A stretch of DNA of 64,000 bases from Macrostomum lignano (taxonomy: Eukaryota), in contig NIVC01000012.1 in the NCBI GenBank assembly GCA_002269645.1, forward strand, positions 124,001 through 188,000, written 5' to 3'. Shown here in pieces: positions 11,981 through 27,734 of the stretch (position 1 is the stretch's first letter; every line of letters starts with the position of its first letter). A program made the translations under genes and the position numbers. The notes beneath the pieces were generated by a model, which saw nothing but the letters and a program-made list of their open reading frames with translations, was not told the DNA's origin and ran no database searches.

Positions 11981-12414
11981 TATCATCAAATAAAAATCAG
12001 CTCCCTTAGCACTACTCGAATCGAACTCACTCTGCAGCCGGCAAAAATAACCGGATGCGTTTGCTAATCCAAAATCGAGAAAAACATTTTTCCTAGCTAA
12101 AATTTTTATTAAACAGATTAGCTACAAGTAATGCGCGACTGTTGTAAACAGCAAAGCCACAGTTACTCTTTCATATTCTCATCAATTTTGGCTTTTACTT
12201 ACACAAGTTATTGTTTTCTCTGATGCCTTTTTAGAGCAGGAATCTGTTTAGGGTGAAGTACTTAAAAATCCAATTACTCCCCGTGGTTTTCGTATTTTCG
12301 TTCAGCTTTGAAATATAAACAAATAATACGGCTCGTATATAGCGAGTTTTGACATAACGTCTCGTAGGACAAAAATTGTCTTTTATTCAATTCGCAACAA
12401 AATTCAAATTAGTG

Positions 12415-12890
12415 AGTGAGTTAGTTAGCTAGTTAGTTAGTCAGTTAGTTAATGAGTTAGTGAGTTAGTTAGTTAGTCAGTTAGTTATTCAGTTAGTTAT
12501 TTAGTTAGTTAGTTAGTCAGTTAGTCAGTTAGTTATTCAGTTAGTTATTCAATTAGTTAGTTAGTCAGTTAGTCAGTTAATTATTCAATTAGTTATTCAG
12601 TTAGTTATTCAGTTAGTTAGTTAGTTAGTCAGTTAGTTAGTCAGTTAGTTAGTCAGTTAGTCAGTTAGTTAGTCAGTTAGTTAGTCAGTTAGTCAGTTAG
12701 TTAGTTAGTTAGTTAGTCAGTTAGTTAGTCAGTTAGTCAGTTAGTTAGTCAGTTAGTTAGTCAGTTAGTCAGTTAGTTAGTCAGTTAGTTAGTCAGTTAG
12801 TTAGTCAGTTAGTCAGTTAGTTAGTCAGTTAGTTAGTCAGTTAGTTAGTCAGTTAGTTAGTCAGTTAGTTAGTCAGTTAGTTAGTCAGTC
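12415..12890 (+). repeat. (GTTA/GTCA)n compound microsatellite
   Basis: Read directly from the sequence. Confidence 0.96.
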
Positions 12891-13109
12891 CCTGCAGCAA
12901 ATGCGATGGAGAAGTTGTAGGCCAATAACAGGCCGCGATTTGAGTCCCACGCCAACCTATAAATTATGTGTACTGCCGGGTAAAACTGGGAATTACAGTT
13001 CCTGTGATCTATCAGTCATCTCTGTCTTGAACATATTTCAATCTTCCCTAGAAACCCCCGACACTGTAAAACTGACAAAAACGCTATTCCTCTATTAGTG
13101 CGTTTACAG

Positions 13110-16114
<3,005 letters not shown>

Positions 16115-16149
16115 CGACTAATTGGTAATGCAATTGGACGCACGGGCTA

Positions 16150-16397
16150 ATACAGACAGACAGACATATAGGCAGACATACATGTACAGGCAGACAGGCA
16201 GACAGACAGACAGACAGACAGACAGACGGACAGACATACATACATACAGACAGACAGACAGACAGACAGACATACAGACAGACAGACAGACAGACAGACA
16301 GGCAGACAGACAGACAGACAGACACATATAGGCAGACATACATGTACAGGCAGACAGACAGGCAGACAGACAGACAGACAGACAGACAGACATACAT

Positions 16398-16452
<55 letters not shown>

Positions 16453-16485
16453 TACAGACAGACAGGCACAGACAGACAGGCAGGA
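16150..16485 (+). repeat. (CAGA)n-rich microsatellite just after the GPCR stop codon
   Basis: Read directly from the sequence. Confidence 0.95.
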
Positions 16486-17149
16486 TAAATTGACAGGCGC
16501 AGCAGAGACTGCGGAAATAAACAGGATCGCAGCCACATTTCTGCCCAACCAAGTAGCAAGCTGACTAGAATGGATAAAAGTGCAGCTGCTTGAAATTCGA
16601 CAGACACCGCACAAAAGGAAAGCAGTGTTTCCTTAGCGTTTTTTGTCGAGATATCAAATTATTCACCTTGACTGACTTCAGAACAAAGTTATAACATTTC
16701 ATCGTAAATGTTTTTTTCGCTTTTACTGAAAGTCATTTTATTAATTTGCGTCACTATAAAACCGACACTCAAACAGCTATCCAATTTTGCCGTGACTAGG
16801 GCCGGTAATTTTAGTTAATACATAATTTTCAGCCATCGGATTGTACTCGTGTATTGAAAATCTGTCATTAAGTACGGTTATTTTTTCGCTTTATAAAAAC
16901 TATCTCTGTACACCATCGCATTCTCACCGCACTAATAGCCTGCCTAAATATGATACTGATAGTTTAACACGCGACCTGGCACTTCATCCCTCCCGATCCC
17001 AATGCGCAAAAATATATACACGATAAATATTGGAGCTCGGCTTTCTGTTCAATACTCAAACATCTGGGTTCGCGTGACAACTTCGGATGGGCTCTGGCCT
17101 CTCACTCTTACCCTGACCCAATCTCCCTCTTCTCTCCACCCCTGTCACC

Positions 17150-17532
17150 ACCTTTACTTCTCTCTCCACCTCACCTCCCTCCATCCTGTGGATCTCCCCC
17201 TCCCTCTCCTTCTCTCCCCCTCCCTCTCCTTCTCTCCCCCTCCCTCTCCTTCTCTCCCCCTCCCTCTCCTTCTCTCCCCTCCCTCTCCTTCTCTCCCCCT
17301 CCCTCTCCTTCTCTCCCCCTCCCTCTCCTTCTCTCCCCCTCCCTCTCCTTCTCTCCCCCTCCCTCTCCTTCTCTCCCCCTCCCTCTGCTTCTCTCCCCCT
17401 CCCTCTCCTTCTCTCCCCCTCCCTCTCCTTCTCTCCCCCTCCCTCTCCTTCTCTCCCCCTCCCTCTCCTTCTCTCCCCCTCCCTCTCCTTCTCTCCCCCT
17501 CCCTCTCCTTCTCTCCCCCTCCCTCTCCTTCT
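17150..17532 (+). repeat. 20-bp polypyrimidine minisatellite (CCCTCTCCTTCTCTCCCCCT)
   Basis: About 16 near-perfect copies. Confidence 0.95.
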
Positions 17533-18057
17533 TCATCTAATAAGCACATCTAATATACGAGGGTAGCTGCATCCAGAATCCTACAGAATTTAAGCATTTG
17601 TGGGTTTGCACTGCAAACAGCCAGCCACTAAAGATGGAGCGCACATACAGCTGACTCGATCAACAAACTGATTAGATTATTTATTGGCTAATTGATCGCC
17701 TGCTTACATAGTGTGCAGTCTGTCAGGCTATTTCAATAATATCGGAAAATATTTACCTACGTTAATAGTCGTAATATCATACAGTCCCTCCTACTAGGCT
17801 TGGTGAAAATTACAGACACCGACAAGGAAATACGTGCGAATTACAATAAGAGACGAAAAATGAACTCAATAGCTAGTCTGCCCTTGGCTGTCAACACTGC
17901 AACTGCATGTGTCTTACAGACTTAATCATTAATTACATGTAGACACCTCTGTACTATAGTGTATAGTCTAGAATTTGGAATAGTGCAACAAATAGGAATA
18001 AAATCTCACTTCCCCTTCTGTATGCCTTACCGTCTCCCTTATTTCTATTATACTTGT

Positions 18058-18270
18058 CCTCTCTCTGCATCTGCCCTCTCCCTGCATCTGCCCTCTCCCT
18101 GCATCTCGCCCTCTCCCTGCATCTCGCCCTCTCCCTGCATCTCCCCCAGCTCTCCCTGCATCTCCCCTCTCCCTGTGTTACCCCTTTCCCTGCATCTCGC
18201 CCTCTCCCTGCATCTCCCCTCTCCCTGCGTTACCCCTCTCCCTGCATCTCCCCTCTCCCGGCACCTCGCT
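18058..18270 (+). repeat. ~18-bp minisatellite (CCCTGCATCTCGCCCTCT)
   Basis: Tandem copies are visible. Confidence 0.88.
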
Positions 18271-18654
18271 CTTTCTTTCGTCTCTTAACACCACCCCACC
18301 CATTTCTCCCTTACCTCGCCCAACTTAATCTCCATATCCTTTCTCACCTGCCCCTCAAATTACTCTCTTTCCCTTCAACCGGTGCCCAAAGGCACCGAGA
18401 ATCTAAAGTTTGATTGTTACCAGAAACGGCGATGATCTGACGTTAACGAATGGGTAATATTTTCGCACAACAATTTTCTATACGTAAAGTCATTTCAGAG
18501 ACATCAGGTGCTTCGCTCGCCGCCCCAGGCGCCAATAGCAGCGATTATCTTTGATGTTGTTTTGCAGCCCAGAAAAACGGTAGCCAAAAATTAGAGACTA
18601 ACGCAATTCTCTGCACACCTGCGACCGCGTGAGAGCCGAGGATACTAAGGTAAG

Positions 18655-18902
18655 ATACTGAGGATCTGGGAGGCTGGGCCAGCAACTGTGGATCTGGGAA
18701 GCTGGCCCAGCTACTGGCGATCTGGGAGGCTGGTGGCCCAGCAACTGGGGATATGGGAGGCTGGCCCAGCAACTGGGGATCTGAGAGGCTGGTGGCCCAG
18801 CAACTGAGGATCTGGGAGGCTGGCCCAGCAGCTGGGGATCTGAGAGGCTGGTGGCCCAGCAACTGGGGATATGGGAGGCTGGCCCAGCAACTGGGGATCT
18901 CT
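18655..18902 (+). repeat. ~28-31-bp minisatellite (GGATCTGGGAGGCTGG[TGG]CCCAGCAACTGG)
   Basis: About 8 copies. Confidence 0.88.
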
Positions 18903-19524
18903 GAAAACTGAAGCAGAAAGCCACTTTTTGAAGGCTTATCAGGTATTTTAACGATTTCGATACAGATTGAATTATAATATTAGTATATTATAATAAATAT
19001 TGTTCATTATTTCTGGTATTTATTGTGACATTTACCATTCAAATTTAGGCTGATATTAGCAACAATTTTATGTACAAACGCTCAGAAACCGGCACAACAA
19101 ATATTTTTTAAATTATGAACGACTACTAAAATGTCCTATCAAAATCAATTAAAACTTTAAATTACAAGGTAAAAAACTCATTTAATGGCTAAAAGCAGAG
19201 GTGAACGCAGATCAGCAAGCAGAAGCAGAAGCGAAACAAGAAGATAAAAGTTAATCAAAGCATGGAATTTCAGTTAAACAATAATTTCATATTATGTCGA
19301 TAAAAGCCGAAACAAGCGAAAAAAGTGACTGCATGTACACAGATAAAAAGTATTATTTCACGCAGTCTATCAGACACGATGCTAAAAAAGACGGAAAAAT
19401 TAAATTAAATATAGCGCTGCATACTACTAATAACAACGCAAGAGTAGAAACATGGGCGTTTTTTGTCAATAGAATTATTGAATACTGACGGAATTCTGCC
19501 GCGATCTCTTTGCTTCTGGAGATC

Positions 19525-19757
19525 TCAAACTAACTGACTCTCCTTCTCAAACTACCTGACTCTCCATCTCAAACTACCTGACTCTCCATCTCAAACTACC
19601 TGACTTTCCATCTCAAACTACCTGACTCTCATCTCAAACTAACCTGACTCTCCATCTCAAACTACCTGACTCTCATCTCAAACTACCTGACTCTCATCTC
19701 AAACTACCTGACTCTCATCTCAAACTACCTGACTCTCATCTAAAACTACCTGACTCC
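19525..19757 (+). repeat. ~21-23-bp minisatellite (CTCAAACTACCTGACTCTCAT)
   Basis: About 10 copies. Confidence 0.9.
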
Positions 19758-20041
19758 TACTCAGCGTACGCTCTCAATAGCTTGGCCAATAGCCCAGCAT
19801 TTTGGGCAACTGCGAATGGTGCAAATTCGGGCAGTTCCATTAAATTTCTCAACTTGCCCAACAAGTTAGTGGCTCGTTGACGAAGCTCCAAATGATCATC
19901 GTTGGAGCATCTGCACAGCAGCACACCGGAGTTTTCGTTGAACAGATAAGAAAGTTTGCGCCAAGCCTGAGGCCTGTCTGTGCTCACGGCCGACAGGGCT
20001 TCCACGCACTCCCAGGCGTGATTGGCGAACCGGTGCCTCAG
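19757..20041 (-). CDS. Downstream exon of an unidentified helical protein gene
   Basis: The acceptor CATTGCCAG at 20042-20043 opens LRHRFANHAWECVEALSAVSTDRPQAWRKLSYLF...LLAKLLRAYAE. It is phase 0, matching the donor at 44176. The exon ends at a stop (19757) or a donor (19760). Confidence 0.6.
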   Translation of the reverse strand: MRHRFANHAWECVEALSAVSTDRPQAWRKLSYLFNENSGVLLCRCSNDDHLELRQRATNLLGKLRNLMELPEFAPFAVAQNAGLLAKLLRAYAE

Positions 20042-20104
20042 CTGGCAATGACGTTTGGTTTTGGGTCAGGTCAAGTTGTGACCGATGTCATCTGACCGAT
20101 GATC

Positions 20105-20552
20105 TATTTTTGACCTGCTATCATCTAATGCCCCATTGTTGACCCACTATCATCTAATGCCCCATTGTTGACCCACTATCATCTAATGCCCCATTGTTGA
20201 CCCACTATCATCTAATGACCCATTGTTGACCCACTATCATCTAATGCCCCATTGTTGACCCACTATCATCTAATGCCCCATTGTTGACCCACTATCATCA
20301 AATGACCTATTGTTGACCCACTATCATCAAATGACCTATTGTTGACCCACTATCATCAAATGACCCATTGTTGACCCACTATCATCTAATGCCCCATTGT
20401 TGACCCACTATCATCTAATGACTCATTGTTGACCCACTATCATCTAATGACTCATTGTTGACCCACTATCATCAAATGACCCATTGTTGACCCACTATCA
20501 TCTAATGCCCCATTGTTGACCCACTATCATCTAATGCCCCATTGTTGACCCA
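20105..20552 (+). repeat. 29-bp satellite (CCATTGTTGACCCACTATCATCTAATGCC), left part of an array split by transposons
   Basis: About 15 copies; the same unit reappears at 26902-26960 and 43566-43850. Confidence 0.96.
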
Positions 20553-21949
20553 CCCAGACAAGGCTGTACGTCGCTGCGACGTCGCCATGTCGTCGCTATT
20601 AGTCGCCATCGCGCGGGCAAAAATTGGTCGCCACTTATTGGTCGCAGCGACGTCACTTTCGACATTAATTATTTTGTAAATTTTAAGTACACTGCTAGAA
20701 ATATTCTTGTTATAGATACTGTCTCATAATACAAAAATATTATCTACACAATTGTTTTACACTGTGTCTATAATTTATAAACGTAAGCTTTTTGTTAATT
20801 TGTTTTAGCTTCGTTAACAATAGTGAATTGATCAAAGTATAGTATGAAATATTGCCACTTTAGAGCTGCAAATTATTCAATGAAGACTCGCTTTCTGAAA
20901 CTGAATCTACAATGATCTGCGGCTGCATCTAGTGTTGTGTGTGAATTGTCCATAACGTAACTATATTAAGTGCATTTTAGTTTTGTACATAATAAATAAA
21001 ATACAATAGTAGATAGTCACAATGTACTGTAATACACCTTGATTACTTGATAAAGCAAATCTATTTTTGTGCTATAAAGCCTTATATTTGTGTCAATGAA
21101 ATAGTTTTTATTGCATTGGCCTACATACATGGAAATACTATATTTTTGTAGTTTTGTTCCTATAGACAGACATGAATCTACCCATTTAAAGATGGTTGAT
21201 AATGATATATTTTGTCTGAAGATATATTTCAAGCATCTATTCAATTGATTGGCCTAGTGTAATAGGCCTAGCACTAGTTAGGCATAGATCATTAGGTCTA
21301 TTAGCTAGGCCTCAGTTTGCTAATTATAATTATGCTAGTTATATATTATGTAGCAATGCCAATAGACCCCTAGGCCCTAGCTGCTTTATTGGACATATTG
21401 CAGAAAACATTAGGTAAACCCAACAAAACAAGTAGGCATATGAAAAGTGTACAACAATGGTATTCGATAAATTTAACTATAGTTTAATTAAATTTAGCAG
21501 GGAACTCCTATATACTATAATACATTGAGTTTAAGTTAAGAACTGAAGTCTAAATCTAAAGTTACCAAAGTTAAAGATAAATATAAAATTGAATTAAAAA
21601 ATCTAGGGCCTAGGCCTATCTTAAAAATGAGTAAATTGGTTTCAAAGGTAAGTCTTAAATGTATCTTAATTATCCAAATTATATCCTTGGTTAGACATAG
21701 AATACAATTTGTATATCCTGTCTCTATCTCTAAAACCTAGGCTTTTGCTAAGCTAAATTAGCTTAATGATGCTTTATTTTTTGAAAATTTATTTGGAATT
21801 TTTGTAACCTTATTGCTTTCTACTAACATTTATTGTATGGAATTTTATGTATTTTTATGTTATATAATTTATAATAGAAATTTATAATGTATTTCTTTAA
21901 TAACTTAATCTATTGCAGCTACTGAATCTTCTAAATCATAATAAATCAA

Positions 21950-23846
21950 TTGTTGTACCTTGTTATTTTTATTATGGATTCAACTGCAAGTAAAAGGACA
22001 ATACAACGTCATGTTAAAAGAAAGGCTGAGTTGCTAATGCATGATATTGATAAGGACAATAGTGATGCAGATGTTGCCAATGAGCAAGAATCTATTGAGG
22101 TTATACCAAGTCAATCTCAACAAAGCTTTAGTGACTACTTTGATGATGCAGCTAGTACTTCTTTATCTACTGATTCTGCTAGCCTTTCTCTTCCAACAAA
22201 ACTTAAAGAATGGGCAATAACCTACAAAGTAACACTTTGTGCTCTTACTGCTCTTTTGAAGATTCTAGTGGTCTTTTTTCCATTCCTTCCTCGGACAGGC
22301 CAAACACTATTAAAAACACCAAAAACAGTTAATTTCAAAGCCATTGGAAATGGAAAGTTTGCCTACTATGGTTTAAAGTGTATCAATGGCCTTATTCCAG
22401 TGTTTCAAGGAAAACAACAACTTCAAATTAGCATTGATGGCCTTCCTATCAACAAGAGTACTAGAGAGGAATTCTGGCCTATTATTGGTGCCTTTGGAAA
22501 TATTGAACCTTTTGTCATTGCTCTTTACTATGGCATAGGCAAGCCTCCAATTGAGGAATTCCTAAGGCAGCTAATAAATGATCTGAAGGAAGTAGAAGAG
22601 TTAGTTGACATTAAATTTATTTGTGATGCACCAGCATGTGCTTTTATTAAATGCATTAAGGGTCATAGTGGATATGCAGCATGTGAAAGATGCACTGTGT
22701 ATGGAACCCATGTTGGCCATGTAATTCTAAATGATATTGGGGCACCTTTGAGGACAGACAATTCATTTAGATTGCAGCATGATGATGATCACCATTCTGG
22801 TTTGTCTCCTTTGACTTCTTTAAAGATTAACATGATCAATGCATTTCCACTTGACTATATGCACTTGGTTTGCCTTGGTGCAATGAAGCGTCTACTATAT
22901 CAATGGACAGCTGGAACTTTGCCACATAGGCTACCTGGACTTTCTGTCACACAGATTAGCCAAAGCTAATTCTCATGTCACCATTCTTTCCTTCTGAGTT
23001 TTCACGGCGGCCTCGTGGACTTAATGATTTGAAATTTTGGAAGGCAACAGAATTCCGTTCGTTTATGCTCTTCTCTGGTCTTGTAGCACTTAAGTCATCA
23101 ATTCCAATTAAATGGTACAAGAATTTTCTTCTTCTGAGTACTGCCATTGCCATACTTGCTAATCCTGTCACTTGCAATGCACTATCAAATTATGCAAATG
23201 ATTTACTTAATTATTTTGTATCAAGTTGTATTGAGCTATTTGGTGAGCAATTCCTTACATACAACATACACAGTCTGCTGCACCTAGCACAAGATGTACA
23301 GGTTCATGGTCCCCTGGACAGTTTTTCAGCATTTAAGTTTGAGAACTATATGCAGAAGTTAAAGAGCATGGTCCGTTCACCATATCTCCCTTTGGAGCAA
23401 GTTTGCAATAGGATTGCAGAATGGGATGCCACAGTAAAAGAAGCTCCTAGTTCACCAGTGGGCCAAGTGAAGTATCTGCACAAACATTTTGGAGGACCTA
23501 TACCTCATGATGTCCACCCTGATATGGTTGATCAATATCACTCTGTTTGTACTAGTCGCTTTCGTCTCTCCTCATTGCCAAAAGATTCCAATATTGAGGA
23601 TTCCAATGGTAACTTATTAAAAATAGTGAATGTTCTTATTGTCAATCAGCAAACAACCCTTGCATGTCACAGGTACAATGTCCGGGAACCATTTTTTACT
23701 ACCCAATGGCTTCAACAAAGATCTCCATTTTTCTTGTTTCCAATTTGGGTACTGCAGTCTACTTTATTCCTTTGTCAGAAGTTAGCAAGAAGTATTGTGG
23801 AATTCCTATAAATGTCAAGGTTCTTCTTGTTCCAATGTTTCTCTGA
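21950..23846 (+). CDS. EnSpm-type transposase of element 1 (frameshifts near 22960 and 23695)
   Basis: Motifs ISIDGLP, CDAPACAFIKCIKGHSGYAACERC, LDYMHLVCLG, WKATEFR, YNIHSLLHL and SAFKFEN. The reading frame resumes after 1-bp shifts in an A run and a T run. Confidence 0.9.
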
Positions 23847-23873
23847 GCGAATTTCAAACATTGTTAATTCCAG

Positions 23874-25693
23874 GCGAATTTCTACATCGTTTTATTTGAA
23901 GAGGAGATTGTAGAGTATGTAAGTGAGAATTGGCTTCTTGGACAAAAGCGCTGCAGGTGGCCCGTTTGTCCCGCCCCTGAAATTAAGCGACTTCGGTCTC
24001 AGCATGCTATGCCGGAAGAGTCTTGGGAAACCCATGACTGCAAGCTCATGTCCTGTGCTCCAGATGAAGCTACTGCTAGACGAAGGCTAATGAGAGCTGA
24101 AAAAGGAATAGATGATGTAAACACAGAGCCTGAGAACGAGGGGCGTAGGCCAAAACACCCCCCTAAACGATTCATGCATGAGCAGGACAACAGATCGACG
24201 ACAAGGAAGCGCCGTAGGACCTCTATAAAGGATGCGTCTGACTCGGAAGCTGAAGGCAGTAGCGAAACGGAGGTTGTCTTCGATGTCCCACCATTTCCTG
24301 CCGAAAAGGGTAAGTACTTATTTGCAAGTGCAAATAAAGTGCAAGTATGTAAAATATCTGTCACAAGAGCGTTGATTAAGTTAGAAGTAATATAGCAACT
24401 GGTTGTATGTCAATTTGCCTTGTAGATCTACGTCATCCAATTCTGGGAGGGCAGTCCAGTTCTGCTCGTGCAGCATCATTTTCTCAGTTGCAGAATTGTG
24501 CTGGCAATTCACCTCAGCCACCAGGTTGGCCCTATTTTACCCATTAAATTGATGTTTTAATTGTTATTTCCCTTGCAATGGACATTGCATTGTACTCATC
24601 ACCCGTTGCAGCGCGAGATGCCATGTCTGAAAGCTTTGCTGGCAGTGCAGTTTTCTCACCGGCTCCAGGCTCTAGTTCTCTGCATTTACGGCCTGAATCG
24701 ACGAGGACAAATACTGTTCGAAATTCTTCTGTGGAGCCTATGTCTAACAGTAATAAATTATATTTACTTGTTGCAGTGATATTTCTGTGCCTAAAATTAT
24801 TTTTCTTTTGATTTCGTGAGTCACAATATATTTGTTTTATTTCTGCTGCAAATGCAAATGTTGTCTTTTGTCCTTTAGGCCCGCGTCAACCGGGCTTCGC
24901 AATGGGACCCACCAGAACTCAGCAGCATTCTAATTCTGGTAAGGTTCAAATGATTTTGCACGATTGCTTATCTTCTGTTCTATCGTGCACAACACTTACA
25001 CGGCTTATTCGATTTCGTACACTAACTAGGTTTTGAACGTACCGTTCTCAGAGAACTCACTGCAATTCGTCAAGAAGTTGGCCAGCTTCAACGCGCCGTT
25101 GCATTTGTAACGTCGCGAAGAGGCGTCAACATTTCCCTGCCAGTTGAGCTGCCATGTGCCTCATTGGAAGACGTTCGAGAACTAAGCGAGTTTGTCGAAA
25201 TTGAGGCCAATCGCGAAAATCTGGTGAGCATTTCATTTACTATTATAGGACATAGTCCATTGCAGACTTTGCAATTAGAAATAAAAATTAATTCTTGCTG
25301 CATTCCATTAGGCTGTATGATTTTTTTCTGTGGACTCAGTTTGCTCTTATACTGTAATATAATATACTTACTACAATACTATTCTTCAATTTCTCTTGTA
25401 TCTTGAAGGAACGACAATTGGCCAACGTTGGTGGCTCGAACGTTCAAGAAGTAGTGAGACGTATAATCCGGAGGCTTCTGACGCCAGCAACTGCGAGCCG
25501 CTACAGCTTCCGTGGCAAGCGTGGCAAACTAGCCTTTCAGGCCACACCCCTGTGGCTGGTTGTTCGCGGGGCGTCTATGCTGTCCATCAAAACGACCGAA
25601 AAAGACATCGAGTCAGCAACCAAAAACCAGCTGAGGCACGCCAAGGACCCGGAGCGCAGCCACTCTGGTCAGGGTAACTCCGGGTCGGCATAG
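23874..25693 (+). CDS. Spliced accessory gene of element 1 with C-terminal DUF4806 (BEN-like) domain
   Basis: First visible exon FYIVLFEEEIVEYVSENWLL...RWP follows an acceptor at 23872-23873, with a donor at 24310. The last exon reads GGSNVQEVVRRIIRRLLT...YSFRGKRGKLAF...EKDIESATKNQLRHAKD, a DUF4806-like pattern. Internal exons are approximate. Confidence 0.75.
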
Positions 25694-26901
25694 ACACATG
25701 GAGCCAGCAACCTCGATGCAGTTGTCCTAGGGCTCTCACTATAATTATAATCTTACTAACTGTTACTAATAATTTTCTAATAATGCCACCAAAGTTGTTA
25801 CAGGTCCTTTATAATCTCACTGCTGTTATCAAAGTTATTTTATTCAAATACTGTCTTTTAGTATGTTCTTAAATTGTTCACTTTATGTACTTTCAAATGG
25901 TAGCGTTATATCACGTGGCCGATATTTATCTCCTTATTTATCTAATTACTTTCACTTATGTCTTAGCTATATTACTTCTGTAAGCACACTTTATCCGTCT
26001 TTATCACTTTCTATTCGTCTTTGTCACTCTTTATCCGTCTTTATCACTTTCTATTCGTCTTTATTACTCTTTAATCAATCTTCAGTTCAACCTTCAGTCC
26101 GTCTTAGGGCTTTACCAGTGGATCTAGATGTACAGCACCTTTCTATTTCACACTGTTCACTTCTCTTTCACAATACTTCTTCAAATAACACTTTAACACG
26201 AACACTTTAAGTCTCAAGCTTTCTTTATTCTGAACGTACCAAGAACACGCTGCTTTTCTCCTTTCTTTCTCTCGTGTATTTATAGTAAAACTTCTGCTAC
26301 TCTTAACTTCCGCGACTTCATTAAAACCTTTATTTTTCGGTGCAGTTAAACAATCGGTGCATTAAAATAAATTTTACGCAAAGTTAAACAAAATGTTAAA
26401 TTTTCGCGGGAAATTGATTTCTAAGAATTATACAAACGGTGCCCTATCTCACAGTCCTTATTGTGTTTTAGTGTTATTTCACCATCATGCAATCATGTTG
26501 GCAAGTTTTCCAATCACTTCATTTATTTATTCAAGGCTTGTAATTTATTGCCGCTCCATGAAGCGGCTGAGTAGTACTATTAGTACGTAGTACGAGCGTT
26601 CTATTCGACCCAACTGTAGGCGAACAATAGAGATGCTGAAATTGCGAAAATTCGGGCATAATGTGTATCAATGCCAAGCTCGCTGAAGATAATTTAACCT
26701 GCAATAGATACTCGAACATTGTCAAAACAATTTCCTAAAGCATTCGTAATTGAGGTCGCTGCATGGTCGCCATAACGCGAAAATGTGACATCGCCAGACG
26801 TCGTAATGGCGACGTCGCCCGGCGCGACAAAATGGCTTGGTTGGCGACGTACTTTTGCGACGTGATAGCGACGTCGCGGCGACGTATTTGCTTTGACTGG
26901 G

Positions 26902-26960
26902 CACTATCATCTAATGACCCATTGTTGACCCACTATCATCTAATGCCCCATTGTTGACCC
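26902..26960 (+). repeat. Two units of the 29-bp satellite separating elements 1 and 2
   Basis: CACTATCATCTAATGACCCATTGTTGACCCACTATCATCTAATGCCCCATTGTTGACCC. Confidence 0.95.
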
Positions 26961-27734
26961 CCCTAGAGACACATAATGCAAAAACAATGCATTTTTAATG
27001 TAGAATAGGAAAAAATGCATTTTTAGTGCATTATATAAAATTAAATTTATAATGCGCTTTTAACCCGAATATAATTGCACTATTTTCAATCCTGATTATA
27101 ATGAGATTTTAATGAGAACTTTTCACAGCGCTGATCTAAATATCAGTTTCAATAGTTTTGAGGACATCACTGGATTTTTCTGAAGTGAAGAACTGAGACT
27201 TCCATTATCTTAATGGAACAGCTTTTAAATGCAGATTTGCTTATAACGACCTTCAATAACAAGAGATTACTTTGTCATCCTATTCAAATTCCACTATTCA
27301 CAATTTTACGACGAATTGCAGCGTTCATATTTTTCTAAATGCATGTTTAATATTTAGTGTGGTATTTAACTACATAATTTAATGCTATGAAACATTTTTT
27401 CTACTTGAATCTAAGGCTCTAAATCTAAGAATCTAATAGAATTTTTGTTTAAGTATATAACATTAGCTTGTTCTAATCAAACTGATTATATACACGTGCA
27501 TTGATCGTTAAACTTAAAGGATCGAGTTGTAAGGAATTCGTACGGCCGCAAATTAACAACGATTCCTTACTCAATCTCTAGTTCACACTTTTAAGCTGTC
27601 GGCTTGCGAGCGGTAACCCGCGACAACCTCGTAAAGCTGCGCAAGTGTATTTTAAACTAGCACCTTTTTTGTCTTTTTAACATAGCAGTCAGACTGTACT
27701 TTTTTGTTTCTTAGACTGAATCCAAAAAGTCCGA

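Larger units (their letters stand above)
20553..26901 (+). mobile_element. CACTA/EnSpm (CMC) DNA transposon, element 1, 6.35 kb
   Basis: Termini CCCAGACAAGGC... / ...GCTTTGACTGGG; 2-bp TSD CA (20551-20552 and 26902-26903); GTCGC/GCGAC-rich subterminal repeats at both ends; encodes a transposase and a DUF4806-like gene. Confidence 0.9.
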
